A DNA stretch of 63,728 nucleotides, from IMG/VR virus record IMGVR_UViG_3300037294_000424, positions 1 to 63,728 of that record; one strand, given 5' to 3'. The DNA is from a virus. Its lineage: Duplodnaviria > Caudoviricetes. Position 1 is the stretch's first letter. Each line of letters starts with the position of its first letter. Shown piece by piece: positions 1-7,193 of the stretch. The notes below the pieces were generated by a model that saw only the letters and a program-made list of their open reading frames with translations, was not told where the DNA came from and searched no databases. A program made the translations under genes and the position numbers.

Positions 1-12
1 CTAAAGGCGTAT

Positions 13-128
13 ATACAGAATCAAGACAAGCCAACATAGCTTCGCTATGTACGCTATCCATCTCCCACCAAACTAACTCGCTTAGGCTCCTTAGTTATGG
101 TCGGAGAATTTCGCTAATTCCGTTAAAT
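13..128 (+). repeat. Left copy of 116-bp terminal inverted repeat
   Basis: 13..128 (ATACAGAATCAAG...TTCCGTTAAAT) is the exact reverse complement of 63613..63728. Confidence 0.97.
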
Positions 129-166
129 AGTAATTATCGGGCTTAATCGCCCTGATGGAGTAAACC

Positions 167-784
167 GTGGCTTGTATTACCAGCTTTCCCCCGAGAACTA
201 ACAAAGAGTGCCGCCAGATCTTAACTGAGGTCGATACCATTAACCCAGTGATAGCGCTGATGCTTGAGTTTATGGCCCTAACAGGTCTGAGGTATAGCGA
301 TGTATCGCGGCTTAAGTTTACCGATGTGATGATCAATGGCGTGTTTAGAGACTCGCTAGTCGTGATCCAGATAAAGCCTTTTAATAAGCGTATTGCTGCT
401 GGCGTTAAGGCGAGCATTGCCAAAGAGAGATCTAAGGTTACGCTTTACTTAAACCCTCAATGTAAAGACTTGTTGGCTGATGCGTTAGGGCTGTCTAATC
501 GCAATCTAGGCTTGATATTTGAATCATCAAAAAAAGCAGGTTCACCCTATACGGCACAGTACGTTAACAGAACCCTGAAGGTGGTAGCTGGCAAGCTAAA
601 GCTGACCTTTGCATTGTCTACGCATAGCTTTAGAAAGGCGTTCGCTTTGATGCTTATTAATCAGAACGCCAAGATCCATCAAGTGCGAGACGCCCTAGGC
701 CAATCCTCGCTGGCTTCTACTGATGCCTACCTAAAGACGTTTATTTCTGAAAGCCAAGCCCTAAGTAATAAAATCTCATTTTAG
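167..784 (+). CDS. Tyrosine recombinase, catalytic-domain-only (FimB/FimE-sized)
   Basis: TGLRYSD (R), HSFR (HxxR), LGQ in place of the usual LGH, and TDAY (catalytic Y); 205 aa with no N-terminal core-binding domain. Confidence 0.88.
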   Translation: MACITSFPPRTNKECRQILTEVDTINPVIALMLEFMALTGLRYSDVSRLKFTDVMINGVFRDSLVVIQIKPFNKRIAAGVKASIAKERSKVTLYLNPQCKDLLADALGLSNRNLGLIFESSKKAGSPYTAQYVNRTLKVVAGKLKLTFALSTHSFRKAFALMLINQNAKIHQVRDALGQSSLASTDAYLKTFISESQALSNKISF

Positions 785-795
785 CCAATCCCTTA

Positions 796-820
796 AGCGC
801 CGTGGCCTGCGGCGCTTTAT
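796..820 (+). terminator. Probable intrinsic terminator after the recombinase
   Basis: AAGCGCCG-TGGCCTG-CGGCGCTTT hairpin followed by T-rich tract. Confidence 0.55.
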
Positions 821-882
821 TGCCTCAATTTTAATCAAACGAAGCACTAGCCCTAAAATTTGACAAGTGGTATAACTGCAAT

Positions 883-892
883 ATCCTAACAA
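883..892 (+). promoter_or_regulatory. Putative C1 operator overlapping a sigma70-like promoter
   Basis: ATCCTAACAA motif; TTGACA at 860-865. Confidence 0.65.
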
Positions 893-908
893 GTTCCAGT
901 TATAACAC

Positions 909-1649
909 TTGGGCTTTGTTGAGTGTCAGCAATTGGCTGGCCCGCTTGTTGAGAGCACATTGAAAACATTAATTAAGCCATCGTTTAACGGCACTTCATG
1001 GGATGTAGATAATCATTTCTTAATCGCTAACAATATAAAGGACTCTGCCGAAGTCATTGAAATTGTGAAGCAGATACAAGAAAAGGCCGCCTCTGCTGAT
1101 AGAGCAAGGCAGCAAGGCCTCTATTCAACCGAAGTCATGGTCAGGCACCCAAGGCACAGGCTAAAGATGCTTCATGAATACACAGCCCAAGGCCTCATGT
1201 CCGTTGATAAAGCGTGGAAGATTGCCAGAGATACATGGCTTAATCTCGACGAGGTTTACCCGCACATTGAAGGCTGGGAGTTGTTTTTCTCTGAGTTCGG
1301 CAGTGGTAGCGATGTGTTTATGACGGCCCACGAAAAGGCGCACTTAGACCAGCTACCAGACGAAATAAAGATTTACAGAGGTTATGACAGAAAGCTTAAG
1401 CGAATGGGCCTTAGTTGGACGATGAGCAAGTTTATTGCTAGCCAATATGCTGACAGGTTTAAATCCACAATCTTGGCTCAGGGCGTCGTTAAGAAGTCCG
1501 AGGTGATAGCCTACGTTTCTACTCGGGGGCATCATGAAATCATTCTTAAGTCACGGGCGTCCGTCCTAAATCAAAGAGCCGTAAGCTCAGTGAACGGTGA
1601 AGATGCAATGCGTTGGGTGATTAAGTACAAAGGGAAGCGATTACTATGA
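909..1649 (+). CDS. Hypothetical protein with ADP-ribosyltransferase-like C-terminal motifs
   Basis: IYRG...GLSWT...A..YA...RGHHEII resembles the R-S-E ART signature; start uncertain. Confidence 0.5.
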   Translation: MGFVECQQLAGPLVESTLKTLIKPSFNGTSWDVDNHFLIANNIKDSAEVIEIVKQIQEKAASADRARQQGLYSTEVMVRHPRHRLKMLHEYTAQGLMSVDKAWKIARDTWLNLDEVYPHIEGWELFFSEFGSGSDVFMTAHEKAHLDQLPDEIKIYRGYDRKLKRMGLSWTMSKFIASQYADRFKSTILAQGVVKKSEVIAYVSTRGHHEIILKSRASVLNQRAVSSVNGEDAMRWVIKYKGKRLL

Positions 1650-1873
1650 TAGAGACGCCATTGTCTTATGACTGCAAGCGCCTATGCAAAGCCATTGAAG
1701 AAAGCCCCGAGCTTTTCCCAAGCGGCCCCTTTGGTGTCAGTAGGGTTCAACGGGCGCTAAAAATCGGTTATGACCGAGCGATGACGGCCATGGATGAGGC
1801 TGTTGGCCTCGGTATTCTTAAGCGCGGGAAAAAGCCGTGGCAGTGTGAGGTGGCTAATGGACGAACTCATTAA
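1646..1873 (+). CDS. Stand-alone FtsK gamma (winged-helix) domain protein
   Basis: GVSRVQRALKIGYDRAMTAMDEAVGLGIL matches the FtsK-gamma pattern S..QR.L.IGYNRA...E.....G; ATGA overlap with upstream gene. Confidence 0.75.
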   Translation: MIETPLSYDCKRLCKAIEESPELFPSGPFGVSRVQRALKIGYDRAMTAMDEAVGLGILKRGKKPWQCEVANGRTH

Positions 1874-2021
1874 GATTGTTCACAGCGAAGATGGGGCCGT
1901 TATTTGCTTTCACAGCCCCCATAACACCAAGTATGAGTTTGAAAGCCTAGGGGCGGCATTGGCGGCCCTTCCTACTCTGCCTGAAGCTGGTGGAACGGCC
2001 AAGACAAGGCGGCTGTCATAA
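1857..2021 (+). CDS. Small hypothetical protein
   Basis: GAGG RBS before ATG at 1857; stop overlaps the next start (TAATG). Confidence 0.5.
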   Translation: MDELIKIVHSEDGAVICFHSPHNTKYEFESLGAALAALPTLPEAGGTAKTRRLS

Positions 2022-2215
2022 TGGGTAATAGCGCTAGAAAACGGCACGGTGCCGAAGTTCACAATGCTAAGTGTGCCACTGGCAGCTCGAAGCCTTTGCC
2101 CCCGCCTGTGTTTGTTAACGTCGGTACGATTGGGCATGTTGACCACGGAAGGTCAACTTTTGCAACGGTTGCAGGCAAGGCATTAATTACATATTCGCCT
2201 CGATGGCGCAGATAG
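2021..2215 (+). CDS. Small protein containing an EF-Tu G1/P-loop-like peptide
   Basis: VNVGTIGHVDHGRST versus EF-Tu VNVGTIGHVDHGKTT; translationally coupled. Confidence 0.6.
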   Translation: MGNSARKRHGAEVHNAKCATGSSKPLPPPVFVNVGTIGHVDHGRSTFATVAGKALITYSPRWRR

Positions 2216-2555
2216 GCCCGCGCTGGCCGCTTTCTTTATTCCCCTCCCTGTAAAGCCCTTACCTCGCCCTAAATCACCCACCTCATTAATCAGTTGCGCT
2301 ATGGGCGCACCCATAGTGATATCGCTTCATTCGTTACTGGGGTCTTTATCCCATTTATTAGGGGTTTTGCGCCCATCCCCTCGAAATTAACCTTAAGAGA
2401 ATTTCTATACGTGATCTGAAATTTAAAAGCCTTTGAGATAAGAATATAATGTCTGCCGCGGTGGTTAACTTGGCGCGCGCGTTAGCTAAGGCGTTACCAA
2501 TAAAGACGTTTGTAGAATTTCTTTCCCGTTTTTTGAATAAAATTAAAATAAAATA

Positions 2556-2653
2556 TTGACGGTGCGATATAGGTGCGATATATTTAAACCGTTCTCAGGG
2601 AACAACTAAGAAGCCCACTGTATTAGTAGGGCGAAAGTTAAGGAAAAAATATC
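2556..2653 (+). promoter_or_regulatory. Promoter plus structured leader, copy 1
   Basis: TTGACG-17bp-TATATT, GGTGCG direct repeats, two hairpins, AAGGA RBS; homologous to 35442..35537. Confidence 0.75.
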
Positions 2654-2887
2654 ATGGCTAATTTTACAATCAACTCCCGTATATTTGGTTTAACTGAATT
2701 TTTTATGCCTGACAATGGCGGTTATGTGCGCATCGAATCGACAGGTAAGTCGGGCACCCTAGCCTCTCAAATTTGCGAGCGTGGCGGCTTTTCTGGCGGC
2801 ACAATATCTGCAACCCCGTCAAATTTTAAAAAATTCTGCAAGCGTTGGCACAAACAGCGCCTACAAAATCGTATTGACGCCGAATAA
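2654..2887 (+). CDS. Small hypothetical protein (anti-defence candidate)
   Basis: 77-aa ORF with strong RBS, inside the IR cassette. Confidence 0.7.
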   Translation: MANFTINSRIFGLTEFFMPDNGGYVRIESTGKSGTLASQICERGGFSGGTISATPSNFKKFCKRWHKQRLQNRIDAE

Positions 2888-2952
2888 TTAACGCTTAATG
2901 GCAGCACTAGCTGCCTTTTATTTATCTAAAATTAATTTTAAAAGGAATTATC

Positions 2953-3357
2953 ATGGCTATCAAAAAATCAGTGCGCTTAGTCGATGACACTATCCGCACT
3001 TGCAATAATCTAACCCAAAGCGGTGACGTAAATTGGTCAGGTTCGCTTAATGCAATGTCTGAACAGTTCAATATACTCATTGAAGAAAATACGCCTTTCT
3101 TTCAACCAGAGCAGTGGACTGTTTTTTATTGCTTGTACAACGGCTACGTATCTCACCCCGACATAAAAGAAGAAGCAAAAAACCTACCGTGGCATGTCAG
3201 CGAGGGCTATCAGTATGATGAACAAGTAAGGCATTTTCTAGGTGATGAAGCTCAATCGGCGGCGTTCGTTGAGGTGCTTAAGCTTATGCCTCTTTCTCAG
3301 AGGTTGGCTGTCATCTATAAGGCACGCGCTTATTGGAGAAACGGTCCAGCGGTTTAG
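2953..3357 (+). CDS. Hypothetical protein, possible ribbon-helix-helix regulator
   Basis: N-terminal KKSVRL alternating strand followed by helices; AAGGA RBS. Confidence 0.6.
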   Translation: MAIKKSVRLVDDTIRTCNNLTQSGDVNWSGSLNAMSEQFNILIEENTPFFQPEQWTVFYCLYNGYVSHPDIKEEAKNLPWHVSEGYQYDEQVRHFLGDEAQSAAFVEVLKLMPLSQRLAVIYKARAYWRNGPAV

Positions 3358-3514
3358 ATGGGCAACCATTCTTTTTGATTTTCATCATCATAACTTATGA
3401 GATTGGTTGAAAAACACTCTTAAGGTTAATTTCGAGGGGATGGGCGCAAAACCCCTATGCGTTAAGCCCCCCCCTCTTGCATGGCCTGCTTTTGATTGGG
3501 GGCTTAATCGCTAC

Positions 3515-3524
3515 ATCCTAACAA
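3515..3524 (+). promoter_or_regulatory. Putative C1 operator
   Basis: CTACATCCTAACAAAG upstream of the tail/baseplate operon. Confidence 0.65.
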
Positions 3525-3620
3525 AGTGTTTAAACCAAAGATAGCCATTGCTTAATATCCCCGTTATTTGATTGAGCAAAACAGGCAAGCCTACTATCCA
3601 GTTTTTCAATTGGAGGGTTT

Positions 3621-4241
3621 ATGTCTGAAAATCGCGTTATTGCTGTATCAATGGCAACAAAGACGGCTCCCTTGATGGCTTTGGCCTCATCCACCAGCAA
3701 CGCCTTTCACGTTCATTCAGTTGAAGCGCTGCCCACATCAGCGACAGCTCTTGCCGCTAAGATGGCCGAGCTTGAGCAAAAGGCCAAAGAGCTAGGGGCC
3801 GAGTTCGTTGTCGAAGATCCGACGGGGTTGTTTTCTTCCTTTGGTCGCCCTCTTAAATTGAATGACAAGGACAATATGGCTCGGCCTGTGCTGGTGGCTG
3901 CCATGGAGAAATACACTTCATTAAAAACCCTTCAAGCGATCACTTACCCGCCACAAAATCAAAGTGCCTTAAACATCCCTAAAACGCTCTACAACCTTAA
4001 GCACTCAGATAATGGCTCAGTAGGTTACGAGATTGATTGGGACAGCCTGAGGGATGAGCAAAGGGTGTTCCTTCTCGCTATTCACACGGCAATGTGCCAA
4101 GGCGTTTATCAAGCGGACTTTCTCGCTAAAATGTTTTGCTTTGTTGAGCGCTCACATGACCAAGTAAGCAGCCCCGCAAGCGAGGTCTCGCCTTCTATTG
4201 GTGTCACTGGCGGCAATGGCGGTAGGAGTTATGTTCTATGA
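3621..4241 (+). CDS. Phage hypothetical (morphogenesis operon) protein
   Basis: GGAGG RBS; first gene of the coupled structural operon. Confidence 0.65.
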   Translation: MSENRVIAVSMATKTAPLMALASSTSNAFHVHSVEALPTSATALAAKMAELEQKAKELGAEFVVEDPTGLFSSFGRPLKLNDKDNMARPVLVAAMEKYTSLKTLQAITYPPQNQSALNIPKTLYNLKHSDNGSVGYEIDWDSLRDEQRVFLLAIHTAMCQGVYQADFLAKMFCFVERSHDQVSSPASEVSPSIGVTGGNGGRSYVL

Positions 4242-4555
4242 CGCTATCACGCCTATCTGACGAGCAAATAGCTGACGTTATTATCAGGGCATATCTTTAC
4301 AAAGATATCTTGAGCGCCTTGCGTGATAACACAATAGAAAGCACCCCTTATGAGATTAAGCAAGATGAGCGCTTCAGGCCTGATCTTGTGTCCCAGCGTG
4401 TGTATGGCTCAACGGCTGCTAGGTGGCTAGTCAAGCTGCTATGCAATATCGAAGATGAAGAGCAGCCGCTCCCTGTTGGTTCCGTTATTCGCTTTCCTCC
4501 CGTGGGTTATGTGCGTGAACGTATTCGCCACTTTGAAAATGGTGGTGACTTGTAA
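4238..4555 (+). CDS. Baseplate protein (P1 gp26-like, LysM-like)
   Basis: YEI..DERFRPDLVSQRVYG...W motif typical of LysM/gp53-like wedge proteins; P1 synteny. Confidence 0.7.
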   Translation: MTLSRLSDEQIADVIIRAYLYKDILSALRDNTIESTPYEIKQDERFRPDLVSQRVYGSTAARWLVKLLCNIEDEEQPLPVGSVIRFPPVGYVRERIRHFENGGDL

Positions 4556-5772
4556 TGCCAGTTAAGAAGGCAAGCAAGAATGAGCAAGGGCTTTATGACA
4601 CTAAAGCCCTGAGCGAAGCCCAGTTTATTGCGACGTTTAACCGCATTAAGGTTGAGCAGAATGAAAAGCGCAGATCTGCTAAGAAGACGCTTAAGCCCCG
4701 TGGGTTAACACGCCGCACAACTCAAGATCTCGCAAGGCTTGGGCAAAAGGCCGACGGCACCCCTTTTACCGCTAATGACTTGAAACGCTTTGAGTCAATG
4801 AGCAAGAAGTTTTCTAAGCGCCGTGGGACAACGCAAGGCATTACATACCTTGAAGTTGTGGCCCGTGGTCGCTCTATTGACGTTAAACGCGCAAACAATA
4901 ACGTCTCTGATGGCTCAGGCATATCAAGAGCCTCGCTAATAGCCCTCAGGGGCGGCAACGTGGCCCACATAAGGGTAAAGGCTTCAAGCAAGTCTAAACA
5001 CCAAGAGCACATGGTAAGAGTTCGCTTTGAAGAGTGGGACGGTGCCATGAGAAATGCAGGGGGTCATGGTAAAGATAATGACGCTGGTTTTCTTGCTGCT
5101 GCTAAACACGCTTGCCGTGGCCGTGTGTCATTTGATTGTGACTGTGGCCGCTATCAGTTCTGGTATCGCTACCTTGCGACGCTGGGAAATTACCAGCTAT
5201 CCCCGCCTAAAGAATTTGCCTACACAAAGATCAGAAACCCCAACTTAGTGGGTGTTGCGTGTAAGCACATAACCAAAGCCCTAACCATGCTCCAAAGCCC
5301 TACTTGGCAAAAGCCGCTATCTGTTCAGATGGAAAGGCAGGCCACTAGAAACGGTTTTGGCGATGATCACAGGGGCAATACTTACTTTGATAAAGACGAG
5401 CAAAAGGCGGCCAACAAAAACCGCAAGCTAACGGTTAATCAAGACAAGGCCCGTGATGAATATCGTAAGTACATAACCCGCATGGGTGCCTTGCAGAAAA
5501 AGCTTAGGGAAAACCCCGAGGCCAATAAGGCAATGCGTGATCAGCTTAAAAAGGTCAAGTCAGAACGGGCCAAGTTGAGCAAAGAAAACCAAGTGTTAAA
5601 GGTCAGGAATGAGCAGCTTGAGCGCCAAGCTAGAGACGCCATGAAAGTGCGCCTTTCGTCGTTCGTAGACGGGGCCAAAATGGCGGGCCTTGGTGAAGAT
5701 AAAGCGATTAAGGCGTTTGCTGAAATGAACAAGTTAAGCCCTGCGGCAATAAAAAAGTTAAGAGGTAATTAA
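4555..5772 (+). CDS. P1 gp25-like tail protein with SWIM-like Zn motif
   Basis: FDCDC...ACKH motif; position in P1 order 26-25-7-24-6-5. Confidence 0.65.
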   Translation: MPVKKASKNEQGLYDTKALSEAQFIATFNRIKVEQNEKRRSAKKTLKPRGLTRRTTQDLARLGQKADGTPFTANDLKRFESMSKKFSKRRGTTQGITYLEVVARGRSIDVKRANNNVSDGSGISRASLIALRGGNVAHIRVKASSKSKHQEHMVRVRFEEWDGAMRNAGGHGKDNDAGFLAAAKHACRGRVSFDCDCGRYQFWYRYLATLGNYQLSPPKEFAYTKIRNPNLVGVACKHITKALTMLQSPTWQKPLSVQMERQATRNGFGDDHRGNTYFDKDEQKAANKNRKLTVNQDKARDEYRKYITRMGALQKKLRENPEANKAMRDQLKKVKSERAKLSKENQVLKVRNEQLERQARDAMKVRLSSFVDGAKMAGLGEDKAIKAFAEMNKLSPAAIKKLRGN

Positions 5773-6419
5773 TGGATCCTGTTCCCGTTCTTCCACTAAG
5801 GGCTAAAGGTGCAGGCCATGACGCTTACACGGATAAGGTGCGCCGTGATTGGCTGCTAGTGATTAAGAGTCACCCTGATCGCTTTGATGCAATGTTGCAT
5901 AGGCCTGTTATCGCAGTGCCTAGCCCTGATGATATTAATCAAGCCAAGTTTGAGCGCTTAAACGAGCGCGTAGACGACTTAAGTTATGCGGATCCTGTCT
6001 TGGTGTCGGTTGTCGAATCTAGCGGCGATGATGAGGGTTTTACGTCGTCTTACAGTGGCGATGAGTCCCTAGGCTTTGGCGAGACAGCGACAATGCTTAT
6101 TCGCATATCAGAGTTTGAAGTGCCTGAAGGCTCAATTATAGAGTTTTTAGTGTCACTTGCTGGTGGTGAGTTGCAGCGTCAGTTTTGGTACGTCCATCGT
6201 TCCGTGGCAATTGGTAGTCCAGCCATAGGGGTTATTCACTACTGCATACCGTGCGGCGATGTAGAGCAATCTACCTTGCCAGATCTTACCGTGCAGCCCG
6301 TTCCTGTTGAGCCACCTATTTCAGAAGTGGCTCCCGTCGTTCCTATTGCGGTAGAGCTTGATCCTGTTGTCTCACCGCCAGAAAGCGAACTTACTAAACC
6401 TTTATTTACGCCGAGATAG
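5772..6419 (+). CDS. P1 gp7-like neck/tail protein
   Basis: Synteny and size; Pro-rich C-terminus. Confidence 0.55.
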   Translation: MDPVPVLPLRAKGAGHDAYTDKVRRDWLLVIKSHPDRFDAMLHRPVIAVPSPDDINQAKFERLNERVDDLSYADPVLVSVVESSGDDEGFTSSYSGDESLGFGETATMLIRISEFEVPEGSIIEFLVSLAGGELQRQFWYVHRSVAIGSPAIGVIHYCIPCGDVEQSTLPDLTVQPVPVEPPISEVAPVVPIAVELDPVVSPPESELTKPLFTPR

Positions 6420-6422
6420 ATT

Positions 6423-7193
6423 ATGACAAGCAAAATATTAACCAAGTTTGAGCAAGTCGTCATGGTTGAAACTGGTGATAGATACGTCTCAGATCTAGGT
6501 GATCTGGATGTGGGGATTGGCAATCATTTAATGGGCGTGATCAATGCCCTAAAAGAGTTTAACGGTAAGAAGTACCCCAACTTCCATTCGTTTGCTCAAA
6601 GAAAGGCAAGCGAGAAGCTATTTCATTCCACAGAGGCAGATCCTAAGCGGTTTATACGGCAGGTTAGGCAGCGTTTTTTTGGTAAAGATGGGGAGAAAAA
6701 TCAGGCCAATAGAAATGCTTTGCCACTTATCTATTTTCATCGTGCGGGAGGCATGGATCAATCAGTCTCGGGTGAAGAGTCATTAATAAAAGATATGTTC
6801 GAGCTGAAAGATGAGGCGGGGAAAACGATTGCGATAGTAGATCAACTGCCAACAACGGCCACCTACATGCTTTACGTCCTTTCTTGGGATCAGCCAACAA
6901 TGGATAAGCTGGTGGCTGGGATTGCTGCTGGCTTAGCGATCAACCCCCGCAAGCTAACGTATTTAACTGGGGTATTAAATGCGACAGATCAGCCTGAGGC
7001 TTCCATATCCCCCGTTCATTCGTCGTCATGGATAGATATGAGTCCCGCTAACATTGACGACAGGCTGCTGGTGTATCAATTAACGATTGAGGTTAAGGCG
7101 TCTTACTATCAAGCCCGATGTGTTACTGAGCATACAATCCGCTTTGAGGTTGTAGAGCCAGAAGTTTTATATGGAGCCTCAAATGTCCTCTGA
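6423..7193 (+). CDS. P1 gp24-like tail terminator protein
   Basis: LPLIYFHR segment like tail-terminator folds; synteny. Confidence 0.55.
   Translation: MTSKILTKFEQVVMVETGDRYVSDLGDLDVGIGNHLMGVINALKEFNGKKYPNFHSFAQRKASEKLFHSTEADPKRFIRQVRQRFFGKDGEKNQANRNALPLIYFHRAGGMDQSVSGEESLIKDMFELKDEAGKTIAIVDQLPTTATYMLYVLSWDQPTMDKLVAGIAAGLAINPRKLTYLTGVLNATDQPEASISPVHSSSWIDMSPANIDDRLLVYQLTIEVKASYYQARCVTEHTIRFEVVEPEVLYGASNVL

Larger units (their letters stand above)
2361..3455. mobile_element. Non-autonomous Tn3-family-like cassette with passenger genes
   Basis: Perfect 41-bp inverted repeats (2359..2399 and 3417..3457) containing GGGG...CGAAATTAACCTTAAG, similar to Tn3 38-bp IRs; no transposase; no perfect 5-bp TSD. 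Confidence 0.7.

Noticed and set aside
101-128. dif-like site at the inner edge of the IR (TTCCGTTAAAT resembles the XerD arm TTATGTTAAAT)
   Set aside because: No recognisable XerC arm at 6-bp spacing; the same applies to TTATGTTACAT at 62613
167-784. Protelomerase or Cre
   Set aside because: Too short, lacks the protelomerase and Cre N-terminal domains, and no 13-8-13 lox-type site was seen
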